DNA of 64,000 nt, from sequence record PP400787; one strand, written 5' to 3'. Every line of letters begins with the position of its first letter. Position 1 is the first letter of the stretch. Made by a program: the position numbers and the translations under genes. The DNA is from Escherichia phage FL23. The notes under the pieces are model-generated. The model ran no database searches and had not been told where the DNA came from. It saw only the letters and a program-made list of their open reading frames with translations. Shown here piece by piece: positions 10,701 to 20,080 of this stretch.

Positions 10701-11617
10701 ATAATACGTAAACGCGCTTTACTATCCCCGTCAAACAATCTCCACAATTTCTCATTATCATCAAACATCAAGAAACCGTCAATCGTTGTACGGCCTTCAA
10801 TGGAATGAGTTCCAACTTCTTGTATTGAAGTCGTTTCATCGTATGTAGTAACAATTGTATGATAAAGCGGATTTAGTTTATCTAAATCGACGAAATTAAT
10901 AATATCGCCATGATTAGCAAATCTTGGAAGTTTAACATTAATTGGTGCAGCAGAAGTAAATCTACGCACGATAAAATCGTTGGATTGCGCTTGATAAGTA
11001 TTCGCTGGTGTTACAACTATAGCTTCTCTACTATAATCAGCAACATACATTTGCCACAGACGATTACTAAAAATTAAAACTAGCTGTGACTTTGGATGAG
11101 TCATTAGTACTGAACGTACCTGTTCACCTCTAAAGTTTACAATACTTTGCACTGGAGCTACAATTAAAACTTGGTTAACTCCAGGTTTTCCTCCAATATC
11201 TTGGAGAACGATAGTATCACCATCAATTGGAGAAGATGGTAAAGTAAACGTGATGTCATTTCCAGCTGCGGTGTTAACCGAAATTGCTTCACCCGATTTT
11301 AATTGATATGAACCAGATGAAACCGTAATCCAGTTAGCATCGGTACGTAATGCTCTCCAGCGTCCGCTATTAAAAGCTCCTGCTGGTTTTGGAATATCAT
11401 TTATAGCAGCCCAAAAGCGGTTATCATAAATGATTACAAAATCTTTTAAATATCCACGAGTTGGATCATATTGTTGAACTGTGTTTTCTTGAATTAAGTA
11501 ATCAACGTTAACACCGTCAGTTCCTACGGTACGATCAGCTAAAGCTACGTTGATTATTTTATCGCCACCTGCGTCCAGACCATCTTCTGCTCTGAACTTT
11601 CTTTTAATCTCGGCCAT
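7748..11617 (-). CDS. 34: gp34 long tail fibre proximal subunit
   Basis: 1289 aa; N-terminus MAEIKRKFRAEDGLDAGGDKIINVALADRTVGTDGVN; internal ~40-aa tandem repeats. Confidence 0.9.
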   Translation of the reverse strand: MAEIKRKFRAEDGLDAGGDKIINVALADRTVGTDGVNVDYLIQENTVQQYDPTRGYLKDFVIIYDNRFWAAINDIPKPAGAFNSGRWRALRTDANWITVSSGSYQLKSGEAISVNTAAGNDITFTLPSSPIDGDTIVLQDIGGKPGVNQVLIVAPVQSIVNFRGEQVRSVLMTHPKSQLVLIFSNRLWQMYVADYSREAIVVTPANTYQAQSNDFIVRRFTSAAPINVKLPRFANHGDIINFVDLDKLNPLYHTIVTTYDETTSIQEVGTHSIEGRTTIDGFLMFDDNEKLWRLFDGDSKARLRIITTNSNIRPNEEVMVFGANNGTAQTIELQLPTDISVGDTVKISMNYMRKGQTVKIKAADEDKIASSVQLLQFPKRSEYPPETKWVTVQELVFNGETNYVPVLQLAYIEDSDGKYWVVQQNVPTVERVDSLNDSTRARLGVIALATQAQANVDLENSPQKELAITPETLANRTATETRRGIARIATTAQVNQNTTFSFADDLIITPKKLNERTATETRRGVAEIATQQETNAGTDDTTIITPKKLQARQGSESLSGIVTFVSTAGATPASSRELNGTNVYNKNTNNLVVSPKALDQYKATPTQQGAVILAVESEVIAGQSQQGWANAVVTPETLHKKTSTDGRIGLIEIATQSEVNTGTDYTRAVTPKTLNDRRATESLSGIAEIATQVEFDAGVDDTRISTPLKIKTRFNSTDRTSVVALSGLVESGTLWDHYTLNILEANETQRGTLRVATQVEAAAGTLDNVLITPKKLLGTKSTEAQEGVIKVATQSETVTGTSANTAVSPKNLKWIVQSEPTWAATTAIRGFVKTSSSSITFVGNDTVGSTQPLESYEKNSYAISPYELNRVLANYLPLKAKAVDSNLLDGLDSSQFIRRDIAQTVNGSLTLTQQTNLSAPLVSSSTATFGGSVSVNTLTISKTGTAARLIFEKGPQTETNPAQTMTIKVWGNQFSGRPDSTRSTVFEVGDETSHHFYSQRNTAGKILFNINGTVMPIDVNASGSLNANGVATFGNSVTANGEFTSKSANAFRAINGNYGFFIRNAGNDTYFMLTAAGDQFGGFNGLRPLSINNQSGQVTIGEGLIISKGGATINSGGLTVNSRIRSQGTKTSDLYTRAPTSDTVGFWSIDINDSATYNQFPGYFKMVEKTNEVTGLPYLERGEEVKSPGTLTQFGNTLDSLYQDWITYPTTPEARTTRWTRTWQKTKNSWSSFVQVFDGGNPPQPSDIGALPSDNAIMGNLTIRDFLRIGNVRIVPDPVNKTVKFEWVE
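9250..10330 (-). repeat. in-frame tandem repeats within gene 34 (about six ITPxxLxxRTATETRRGxAxIAT units)
   Basis: Repeated DNA, e.g. cctctacgagtttctgtagcagt near 10041 and 10161; protein-level repeats. Confidence 0.6.
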
Positions 11618-11651
11618 TCTCCCGGGCTCCTATTGTGTTTTCAATAATAAG

Positions 11652-11659
11652 TATTTATA
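11652..11659 (-). promoter_or_regulatory. late promoter TATAAATA for gene 34
   Basis: Plus strand tatttata, 35 nt upstream of the gene 34 start. Confidence 0.6.
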
Positions 11660-11662
11660 CTT

Positions 11663-11692
11663 GTTTACTTTAAGATTTGGATGGTATATAAT
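11663..11692 (+). promoter_or_regulatory. early promoter for rnh (GTTTACT-N17-TATAAT)
   Basis: gtttact ttaagatttggatggta tataat. Confidence 0.55.
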
Positions 11693-11721
11693 AGAAATCT
11701 CACTAATTGAACGAGGTTCAT

Positions 11722-12639
11722 ATGGATTTAGAAATGATGCTGGATGAAGATTATAAAGAAGGAATTTGCTTTATTGACTTTAGTCAAATTGCGCTTTCAA
11801 CTGCTCTTGTAAACTTCCCAGATAAAGAAAAAATTAATTTATCAATGGTTCGTCATTTGATATTGAACTCAATTAAGTTTAATGTCAAAAAAGCAAAAAC
11901 GCTTGGATACACTAAAATTGTACTGTGTATTGATAATGCGAAATCTGGATATTGGCGTCGTGATTTCGCGTATTATTATAAGAAAAACCGCGGAAAAGCA
12001 CGAGAAGAATCTACTTGGGACTGGGAAGGTTATTTTGAATCCAGCCATAAAGTTATAGATGAATTGAAAGCTTATATGCCATACATTGTTATGGATATTG
12101 ATAAGTATGAAGCGGATGACCACATTGCTGTTCTTGTTAAAAAGTTCTCTTTAGAAGGACACAAGATTTTAATCATTTCATCGGATGGTGACTTTACACA
12201 GCTTCACAAATACCCAAATGTTAAGCAATGGTCGCCGATGCATAAGAAATGGGTTAAAATTAAAAGCGGTTCTGCTGAAATTGACTGTATGACTAAAATC
12301 CTTAAAGGCGACAAAAAGGATAACGTTGCTTCAGTTAAAGTACGATCTGACTTTTGGTTTACCAGAGTTGAAGGTGAACGAACTCCTTCAATGAAAACTT
12401 CAATCGTTGAAGCTATTGCTAATGACCGTGAGCAAGCTAAGGTGCTTCTCACTGAATCTGAATATAATCGTTATAAAGAAAATTTAGTTCTAATTGATTT
12501 TGATTATATTCCTGATAATATTGCTTCAAACATTGTGAATTACTATAATTCATATAAATTACCACCGCGTGGCAAAATTTATTCATATTTTGTAAAAGCG
12601 GGTCTTTCTAAATTAACTAATAGCATTAATGAATTTTGA
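11722..12639 (+). CDS. rnh: RNase H (5'-3' exonuclease / flap endonuclease)
   Basis: 305 aa from ATG 11722 (MDLEMMLDEDYKEG...); ORF track TTG start at 11707 rejected. Confidence 0.9.
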   Translation: MDLEMMLDEDYKEGICFIDFSQIALSTALVNFPDKEKINLSMVRHLILNSIKFNVKKAKTLGYTKIVLCIDNAKSGYWRRDFAYYYKKNRGKAREESTWDWEGYFESSHKVIDELKAYMPYIVMDIDKYEADDHIAVLVKKFSLEGHKILIISSDGDFTQLHKYPNVKQWSPMHKKWVKIKSGSAEIDCMTKILKGDKKDNVASVKVRSDFWFTRVEGERTPSMKTSIVEAIANDREQAKVLLTESEYNRYKENLVLIDFDYIPDNIASNIVNYYNSYKLPPRGKIYSYFVKAGLSKLTNSINEF

Positions 12640-12647
12640 GGTGAATA

Positions 12648-12917
12648 ATGGCTAAAAAAGAAATGGTTGAATTTGATGAAGCTATCCATGGCGAAGACTT
12701 GGCCAAATTTATCAAAGAAGCATCTGATCATAAACTGAAAATTTCCGGTTATAATGAACTGATTAAAGATATTCGAATTCGTGCCAAAGATGAACTTGGC
12801 GTTGATGGTAAGATGTTTAATCGTCTGTTAGCTTTGTATCATAAAGATAACCGTGATGTGTTTGAAGCTGAAACTGAAGAGGTAGTTGAACTTTATGACA
12901 CAGTTTTCTCTAAATGA
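12648..12917 (+). CDS. dsbA: DsbA, dsDNA-binding late transcription enhancer
   Basis: 89 aa, synteny rnh-dsbA-33. Confidence 0.75.
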   Translation: MAKKEMVEFDEAIHGEDLAKFIKEASDHKLKISGYNELIKDIRIRAKDELGVDGKMFNRLLALYHKDNRDVFEAETEEVVELYDTVFSK

Positions 12918-13233
12918 TATTCGTCCGGTCGATGAGACCGGTCTTTCAGAAAAAGAACTTTCAATTAAGAAAGAAAAAGATGAAATTGCAAAGCTTCTTG
13001 ACCGTCAAGAAAATGGATTTATTATTGAAAAAATGGTAGAAGAGTTTGGAATGAGTTATCTTGAAGCTACAACAGCATTCTTAGAAGAAAACTCTATTCC
13101 TGAAACTCAATTTGCTAAATTTATTCCTTCGGGTATAATTGAAAAAATTCAGTCAGAAGCTATTGACGAAAATCTTTTACGTCCTTCTGTTGTTCGTTGT
13201 GAAAAAACTAATACATTAGATTTTCTGCTATGA
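12895..13233 (+). CDS. 33: gp33 late transcription co-activator
   Basis: 112 aa from MTQFSLNDIRP; acidic C-terminal region. Confidence 0.8.
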   Translation: MTQFSLNDIRPVDETGLSEKELSIKKEKDEIAKLLDRQENGFIIEKMVEEFGMSYLEATTAFLEENSIPETQFAKFIPSGIIEKIQSEAIDENLLRPSVVRCEKTNTLDFLL

Positions 13234-13883
13234 TTAAACTCCGCATGCCTGCTGGTGGTGAAAGATACATTGATGGTAAATCAGTTTATAAATTATACTT
13301 AATGATAAAACAACATATGAATGGAAAGTATGATGTTATTAAGTATAATTGGTGCATGCGGGTGTCTGATGCCGCTTATCAAAAGCGAAGGGATAAGTAT
13401 TTTTTCCAGAAGTTATCAGAAAAATATAAATTAAAGGAACTTGCTTTAATTTTTATAAGTAATTTGGTTGCTAACCAAGATGCTTGGATTGGTGACATCT
13501 CTGACGCTGATGCACTTGTGTTTTATCGTGAATATATCGGACGCTTAAAGCAAATTAAATTTAAGTTTGAAGAAGATATTCGCAACATTTATTATTTTAG
13601 TAAAAAAGTTGAAGTTTCTGCTTTTAAAGAAATCTTTGAATATAATCCAAAGGTTCAGTCAAGTTATATTTTTAAACTTCTGCAATCGAACATAATTTCG
13701 TTTGAGACGTTTATCTTGCTTGATTCATTTTTAAATATAATTGATAAACATGATGAACAGACTGATAATTTAGTCTGGAATAATTATTCTATAAAGTTAA
13801 AGGCTTATAGAAAAATTTTAAATATTGATTCACAGAAAGCTAAAAATGTTTTCATTGAAACTGTGAAATCTTGCAAGTATTAA
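13230..13883 (+). CDS. 59: gp59 helicase loader
   Basis: 217 aa, MIKLRMPAGGERYIDGKSVYKLY...; upstream of gene 32. Confidence 0.85.
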   Translation: MIKLRMPAGGERYIDGKSVYKLYLMIKQHMNGKYDVIKYNWCMRVSDAAYQKRRDKYFFQKLSEKYKLKELALIFISNLVANQDAWIGDISDADALVFYREYIGRLKQIKFKFEEDIRNIYYFSKKVEVSAFKEIFEYNPKVQSSYIFKLLQSNIISFETFILLDSFLNIIDKHDEQTDNLVWNNYSIKLKAYRKILNIDSQKAKNVFIETVKSCKY

Positions 13884-13884
13884 T

Positions 13885-13908
13885 TGCTTATTATAAATAG
13901 ATTATAAT
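13885..13908 (+). promoter_or_regulatory. gene 32 promoters: MotA-box-like TGCTTAT, late TATAAATA (13893-13900) and TATAAT
   Basis: ttgcttattataaatagattataat. Confidence 0.5.
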
Positions 13909-13912
13909 TATC

Positions 13913-13982
13913 TCACTGACCAGCTATGAGGTCATACATCGTCATAGCACCAACTGTTAATTAAATTAAAAAGGAAATAAAA
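13913..13982 (+). promoter_or_regulatory. gene 32 translational operator: pseudoknot plus AU-rich unstructured gp32-binding leader
   Basis: ctcactgaccagctatgaggtcatacatcgtcatagcac followed by aactgttaattaaattaaaaaggaaataaaa and then the ATG. Confidence 0.75.
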
Positions 13983-14891
13983 ATGTTTAAACGTAAATCT
14001 ACTGCTGAACTCGCTGCACAAATGGCTAAACTAGCTGGAAATAAAGGTGGTTTTTCTTCTGAAGATAAAGGCGAGTGGAAACTGAAACTCGACAATGCGG
14101 GTAACGGTCAAGCAGTAATTCGTTTTCTTCCGTCTAAAAATGATGAACAAGCACCATTCGCAATTCTTGTAAATCATGGTTTCAAGAAAAATGGTAAATG
14201 GTATATTGAAAACTGTTCATCTACCCACGGTGATTACGATTCTTGCCCAGTATGTCAATACATCAGTAAAAATGATCTGTACAACACTGATAATAAAGAG
14301 TACAGCCTTGTTAAACGTAAAACTTCTTACTGGGCTAACATTCTTGTTGTAAAAGACCCGGCTGTTCCAGAAAACGAAGGTAAAGTATTTAAATACCGTT
14401 TCGGTAAGAAAATCTGGGATAAAATCAATGCAATGATTGCGGTTGATGTCGAAATGGGTGAAACTCCGGTTGATGTAACTTGTCCGTGGGAAGGTGCTAA
14501 CTTTGTACTGAAAGTTAAACAAGTTTCTGGTTTTAGTAACTACGATGAATCTAAATTCCTGAATCAATCTGCGATTCCAAACATTGACGATGAATCTTTC
14601 CAGAAAGAACTGTTCGAACAAATGGTTGACCTTTCTGAAATGACTTCTAAAGATAAATTCAAATCGTTTGAAGAACTGAGCACTAAATTCGGTCAAGTTA
14701 TGGGAACTGCTGCTATGGGCGGTGCCGCAGCAACTGCCGCTAAGAAAGCTGATAAAGTTGCTGATGATTTGGATGCATTTAATGTTGATGACTTCAAAAC
14801 AAAAACTGAAGATGATTTTATGAGCTCAAGCTCTGGCAGTTCATCTAGTGCTGATGACACGGACCTGGATGACCTTTTGAATGACCTTTAA
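13983..14891 (+). CDS. 32: gp32 single-stranded DNA-binding protein
   Basis: 302 aa; [37 protein letters not shown]; acidic C-terminus. Confidence 0.95.
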   Translation: MFKRKSTAELAAQMAKLAGNKGGFSSEDKGEWKLKLDNAGNGQAVIRFLPSKNDEQAPFAILVNHGFKKNGKWYIENCSSTHGDYDSCPVCQYISKNDLYNTDNKEYSLVKRKTSYWANILVVKDPAVPENEGKVFKYRFGKKIWDKINAMIAVDVEMGETPVDVTCPWEGANFVLKVKQVSGFSNYDESKFLNQSAIPNIDDESFQKELFEQMVDLSEMTSKDKFKSFEELSTKFGQVMGTAAMGGAAATAAKKADKVADDLDAFNVDDFKTKTEDDFMSSSSGSSSSADDTDLDDLLNDL

Positions 14892-14913
14892 CGGATTATA
14901 TTACTAATTAATT

Positions 14914-14938
14914 GGGGACCCTAGAGGTCCCCTTTTTT
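14914..14938 (+). terminator. rho-independent terminator after gene 32
   Basis: ggggacc-ctaga-ggtcccc followed by tttttt. Confidence 0.85.
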
Positions 14939-14964
14939 ATTTTAAAAAATTTTTTCACAAAACA

Positions 14965-14994
14965 GTTTACATACCACAAGGACTGTGGTACTAT
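14965..14994 (+). promoter_or_regulatory. early promoter with spacer stem-loop (GTTTACA-N17-TACTAT)
   Basis: gtttaca taccacaaggactgtgg tactat; ccaca/tgtgg hairpin in spacer. Confidence 0.5.
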
Positions 14995-15037
14995 ACAACT
15001 ATCGGCAATACTGCTGATGATTAAAGAGGAAAACAAT

Positions 15038-15265
15038 ATGGCTAAAGTTGATATTGACATCGTTGATTTTGAATATATTGAAGAAATTATTCGTAATCGT
15101 TATCCTGAACTTAGTATCACAAGCGTACAAGATTCTAAGTTTTGGAGTATTCAAATCGTTATTGAAGGTCCTCTTGAAGACCTCACCCGCTTTATGGCTA
15201 ATGAATATTGTGATGGCATGGATTCTGAAGACGCAGAATTTTACATGGGATTGATTGAACAATAA
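15038..15265 (+). CDS. hypothetical early protein (frd.3-like, 75 aa)
   Basis: ATG 15038 preceded by AAAGAGGA; ORF track start 14912 rejected. Confidence 0.55.
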   Translation: MAKVDIDIVDFEYIEEIIRNRYPELSITSVQDSKFWSIQIVIEGPLEDLTRFMANEYCDGMDSEDAEFYMGLIEQ

Positions 15266-15308
15266 TTATCAAGGGGCTATTAAGCCCCTATCAAAATGAG
15301 GAAACGTA

Positions 15309-15689
15309 ATGTATATTGGCAAAAAGTATGAACTTGTTCCAAGACTTATTGATACATTTATTAATTATAGCCCACGTTCTAATTCATCAATCGTTAAAGC
15401 TATTCGAGATAATGGCGGATGGTTTGAAGTTAAAGAAGTTTCCGTCGCTAATGGATATAAAGCAGTAAAACACATTGAATGCGCAAATGGAAAGCATTTT
15501 TACCTCAAAGATAGACTTTTAGAAATTTGCGAAGATGAATTTCATTGTTTTCGTGAGTATAAAGAACCGACTTCTGAAGAAGATGAAGTCAAAGACAAGG
15601 TTTCTGGCGTAACAAAAATTCACTGCATTGTTGACGAAAACAATGTAGATGAAATCATTGAACTTTTGCAAAAAACTTTCAAAAAGTAG
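15309..15689 (+). CDS. hypothetical early protein (frd.2-like, 126 aa)
   Basis: ATG with GAGGA SD. Confidence 0.55.
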   Translation: MYIGKKYELVPRLIDTFINYSPRSNSSIVKAIRDNGGWFEVKEVSVANGYKAVKHIECANGKHFYLKDRLLEICEDEFHCFREYKEPTSEEDEVKDKVSGVTKIHCIVDENNVDEIIELLQKTFKK

Positions 15690-15724
15690 TTTACAGTAGG
15701 GTAGTAGTGTGATGCTATTACCCT
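15689..15724 (+). promoter_or_regulatory. early promoter -35 GTTTACA with overlapping stem-loop (agggta/taccct)
   Basis: gtttacagtagggtagtagtgtgatgctattaccct. Confidence 0.4.
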
Positions 15725-15748
15725 ATCAAAACTAATGGAGAAAAGAAA

Positions 15749-15817
15749 ATGTTCGCACCTTATATTATGGCAGCAGTTATGTTGGTCTGTTTATATCTTT
15801 TGATTAAAGCTTGCTAA
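15749..15817 (+). CDS. 22-aa hydrophobic peptide ORF (MFAPYIMAAVMLVCLYLLIKAC)
   Basis: GGAG SD 10 nt upstream; single predicted TM helix; below ORF-track cutoff. Confidence 0.3.
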   Translation: MFAPYIMAAVMLVCLYLLIKAC

Positions 15818-15827
15818 GGAGAATAAA

Positions 15828-16070
15828 ATGAGATTACAACGCCAGAGCATCAAAGATTCAGAAGTTAGAGGTAAATGGTATTTTAATATCATCGGTAAAG
15901 ATTCTGAACTTGTTGAAAAAGCTGAACACCTTTTACGCGATATGGGATGGGAAGATGAATGTGATAGATGCCCTCTTTATGAGGATGGAGAAAGCGCAGG
16001 ATTCTGGATTTATCATTCTGACGTTGATCAGTTTAAAGCTGATTGGAAAATTGTGAAAAAGTCTATTTGA
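15828..16070 (+). CDS. hypothetical protein (80 aa)
   Basis: ATG with AGGAGA SD; no recognised domain. Confidence 0.5.
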   Translation: MRLQRQSIKDSEVRGKWYFNIIGKDSELVEKAEHLLRDMGWEDECDRCPLYEDGESAGFWIYHSDVDQFKADWKIVKKSI

Positions 16071-16080
16071 GGAAAATATT

Positions 16081-16413
16081 ATGTCTGACATTCATGTAAC
16101 TGGAATTTCACAAGTAAATATTCGCTGCCAATTTAAAACTGTACCCGGGGTGACTCATATTACTTTATCACACGACCCATATTCTCGTGGAAGACAGTTA
16201 ACTGGTGTAATTAAGTTTTTCGGTGGAATTGGTGGTAATGAATTTACTATAGGCGATGAAGAAATTGTTGGCTGTAAATTAAAAGTTCAGAAAGGCGTGT
16301 TAGAACTTTTTAGTGATGAAGTTTTTGATGAAATCTCACGGGCAGTTAACAAAGGAATGTTAACGTTAATTAAAATGATTAAAGCTAGCGGATATGTTCC
16401 TGATCCTTTTTAA
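16081..16413 (+). CDS. hypothetical protein (110 aa)
   Basis: ATG with GAGGA SD; no recognised domain. Confidence 0.5.
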   Translation: MSDIHVTGISQVNIRCQFKTVPGVTHITLSHDPYSRGRQLTGVIKFFGGIGGNEFTIGDEEIVGCKLKVQKGVLELFSDEVFDEISRAVNKGMLTLIKMIKASGYVPDPF

Positions 16414-16424
16414 TAGGAGATAAT

Positions 16425-17251
<827 letters not shown>

Positions 17252-17271
17252 AATAACGCGTGGCGGAAAAT

Positions 17272-17619
17272 ATGAATTTTAATTATTACCCTATTCTATT
17301 AGAAAAAGACATGAAACAGCCAAAATGGCAAGGTCCTCAGTTTATTAAAGGTGTCTATCAATTAGTAGTTCCTAAAGACAAGATTTATAGCAGTTGTTTC
17401 ACTGAATCCGCTTGCAGTATTTTCGGTAATAGTTCTCCGTATTGGAATTTTGACATAAAGCTGGATAGAAATATCGATATTTGGTTGAAAGCTATGGATA
17501 TTGGTAATATCACGTTTGATGAGAATAATTATCATATTATTGGTCGCTTTTCCAAACGCGGTAAAGAATTATATTTCACGCCTGAAATTGAGAGAAAATT
17601 TGATGCTAAACCGTATTGA
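17272..17619 (+). CDS. hypothetical protein (115 aa) in an insertion between frd and td
   Basis: ATG 17272 (ORF track GTG 17260); no recognised domain. Confidence 0.5.
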   Translation: MNFNYYPILLEKDMKQPKWQGPQFIKGVYQLVVPKDKIYSSCFTESACSIFGNSSPYWNFDIKLDRNIDIWLKAMDIGNITFDENNYHIIGRFSKRGKELYFTPEIERKFDAKPY

Positions 17620-17663
17620 TTATTAGCTTCATAAAATGTATTATAATTTATATAAGGTACTAA

Positions 17664-18212
17664 ATGAAACAATACCAAGATTTAATTAAAGACATTTTTG
17701 AAAATGGTTATGAAACCGATGACCGAACAGGCACAGGAACAATTGCTTTGTTCGGTACTAAATTGCGTTGGGATTTAACTAAAGGTTTTCCTGCAGTAAC
17801 AACTAAGAAGCTCGCCTGGAAAGCTTGCATTGCTGAGCTGCTTTGGTTTTTATCGGGAAGCACAAATGTCAATGATTTGCGATTAATTCAACATGATTCG
17901 TTAATCCAAGGCAAAACAGTTTGGGATGAAAATTACGAAAATCAAGCAAAAGATTTAGGATACCATAGCGGTGAACTTGGTCCAATTTATGGAAAACAGT
18001 GGCGTGATTTTGGTGGTGTAGACCAAATTATAGAAGTTATTGATCGTATTAAAAAATTGCCAAATGATAGGCGTCAAATTGTTTCAGCATGGAATCCAGC
18101 TGAACTCAAGCAGATGGCATTACCGCCTTGTCATATGTTCTATCAGTTTAATGTGCGTAATGGATACCTTGACCTTCAGTGGTATCAACGATCAGTAGAT
18201 GTTTTCTTGGGT
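17664..18212 (+). CDS. td: thymidylate synthase, exon 1 (183 codons)
   Basis: MKQYQDLIKDIFENGYETDDRTGTGT...; exon ends ...gttttcttgggt, intron starts taattgaggcctgag. Confidence 0.9.
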
Positions 18213-19228
18213 TAATTGAGGCCTGAGTATAAGGTGACTTATACTTGTAATCTATCTAAACGGGGAACCTCTCTAGTAGACAATCCCGTGCTAAATTGTA
18301 GGACTGCCCTTTAATAAATACTTCTATATTTAAAGAGGTATTTATGAAAAGCGGAATTTATCAGATTAAAAATACTTTAAACAATAAAGTATATGTAGGA
18401 AGTGCTAAAGATTTTGAAAAGAGATGGAAGAGGCATTTTAAAGATTTAGAAAAAGGATGCCATTCTTCTATAAAGCTTCAGAGGTCTTTTAACAAACATG
18501 GTAATGTGTTTGAATGTTCTATTTTGGAAGAAATTCCATATGAGAAAGATTTGATTATTGAACGAGAAAATTTTTGGATTAAAGAGCTTAATTCTAAAAT
18601 TAATGGATACAATATTGCTGATGCAACGTTTGGTGATACATGTTCTACGCATCCATTAAAAGAAGAAATTATTAAGAAACGTTCTGAAACTGTTAAAGCT
18701 AAGATGCTTAAACTTGGACCTGATGGTCGGAAAGCTCTTTACAGTAAACCCGGAAGTAAAAACGGGCGTTGGAATCCAGAAACCCATAAGTTTTGTAAGT
18801 GCGGTGTTCGCATACAAACTTCTGCTTATACTTGTAGTAAATGCAGAAATCGTTCAGGTGAAAATAATTCATTCTTTAATCATAAGCATTCAGACATAAC
18901 TAAATCTAAAATATCAGAAAAGATGAAAGGTAAAAAGCCTAGTAATATTAAAAAGATTTCATGTGATGGGGTTATTTTTGATTGTGCAGCAGATGCAGCT
19001 AGACATTTTAAAATTTCGTCTGGATTAGTTACTTATCGTGTAAAATCTGATAAATGGAATTGGTTCTACATAAATGCCTAACGACTATCCCTTTGGGGAG
19101 TAGGGTCAAGTGACTCGAAACGATAGACAACTTGCTTTAACAAGTTGGAGATATAGTCTGATCTGCATGGTGACATGCAGCTGGATATAATTCCGGGGTA
19201 AGATTAACGACCTTATCTGAACATAATG
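18213..19228 (+). mobile_element. group I self-splicing intron in td (1016 nt) carrying I-TevI
   Basis: P1/IGS gcctgag pairs with exon end cttgggt; core motifs gtagggtcaagtgactcgaaa and atatagtctgatctgcat; ends ...ctgaacataatg. Confidence 0.9.
18344..19081 (+). CDS. I-TevI: I-TevI GIY-YIG homing endonuclease (intron ORF)
   Basis: 245 aa; GIYQIKNTLNNKVYVGSAKDFEKRWKRH; C-terminal Zn finger and DNA-binding domain. Confidence 0.9.
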   Translation: MKSGIYQIKNTLNNKVYVGSAKDFEKRWKRHFKDLEKGCHSSIKLQRSFNKHGNVFECSILEEIPYEKDLIIERENFWIKELNSKINGYNIADATFGDTCSTHPLKEEIIKKRSETVKAKMLKLGPDGRKALYSKPGSKNGRWNPETHKFCKCGVRIQTSAYTCSKCRNRSGENNSFFNHKHSDITKSKISEKMKGKKPSNIKKISCDGVIFDCAADAARHFKISSGLVTYRVKSDKWNWFYINA

Positions 19229-19540
19229 CTTCCATTTAATATTGCATCATATGCTGCGTTAGTTCATATTGTAGCTAAGATGTGTAATCTTATCCCAGGA
19301 GATTTGATATTTTCTGGTGGTAATACTCATATCTATATGAATCACGTAGAACAATGTAAAGAAATTTTACGTCGTGAGCCTAAAGAACTGTGCGAACTTA
19401 AAATTGATTGGCCTATAGAGTTTGAAAATTGTGACACCGAAACACAGCTTTACTGGTTAACTGAATACATGAAACCGAAAGATTTTATCCTTGAAAATTA
19501 TGAATCGCATCCGGCAATTAAAGGGAAAATGGCAATATGA
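19229..19540 (+). CDS. td: thymidylate synthase, exon 2 (103 codons; spliced product 286 aa)
   Basis: In-frame continuation [21 protein letters not shown]...; frame verified across junction. Confidence 0.9.
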   Translation, partial: LPFNIASYAALVHIVAKMCNLIPGDLIFSGGNTHIYMNHVEQCKEILRREPKELCELKIDWPIEFENCDTETQLYWLTEYMKPKDFILENYESHPAIKGKMAI

Positions 19541-19800
19541 TTTTACGATTTAAAGATACTTCTGGCGTTGTTCTTTTTACACTTCCTAACCCAAGCGAGT
19601 TAGAAGTTCCAGGACCAGAACAGCCTATTATCATTTATGGTAAAAAATATTATACTCATAAAATGACTCGTGAGTATTTTGATAATAAAATTTCCACAGT
19701 TAAAACTTCTTCAGATTGTTACTATGATATTACTGTATTAACGGAAAAACAATATGACGAATTATCAACGCGCGGGCCGTCTATGCCAGGTAGTGAATAA
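19537..19800 (+). CDS. hypothetical protein (87 aa) between td and nrdA
   Basis: ATGA overlap with td stop. Confidence 0.5.
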   Translation: MILRFKDTSGVVLFTLPNPSELEVPGPEQPIIIYGKKYYTHKMTREYFDNKISTVKTSSDCYYDITVLTEKQYDELSTRGPSMPGSE

Positions 19801-20080
19801 ATATAAATCCGACTTTGATGTTAATATTCACCGTGGTACATTTTGGGGAAATTACGTCGGTAAAGATGCTGGCAGCCGGGAGGCTGCCATTGAATTATTC
19901 AAAAAAGATTTTATACGTCGAATTAAATCCGGAGAAATAACTAAAGCACATTTAGAGCCTTTACGTGGAATGAGGCTAGGATGCACATGTAAACCAAAGC
20001 CGTGTCATGGTGATATAATAGCTCATATAGTTAACCGATTGTTTAAAGACGATTTTCAAGTTGAGGACTTATGCAATTAA
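19754..20080 (+). CDS. DUF4326-like protein (C-terminal [12 protein letters not shown] signature)
   Basis: Motif recognition: WGNY... and L.C.C.P..CHGD; overlaps upstream ORF by 47 nt. Confidence 0.5.
   Translation: MTNYQRAGRLCQVVNKYKSDFDVNIHRGTFWGNYVGKDAGSREAAIELFKKDFIRRIKSGEITKAHLEPLRGMRLGCTCKPKPCHGDIIAHIVNRLFKDDFQVEDLCN

Noticed and set aside
14217-14696. 159-aa minus-strand ORF inside gene 32
   Set aside because: Antisense shadow ORF entirely within a highly confident, conserved CDS; F/R/N-rich composition typical of reverse-frame AT-rich DNA.
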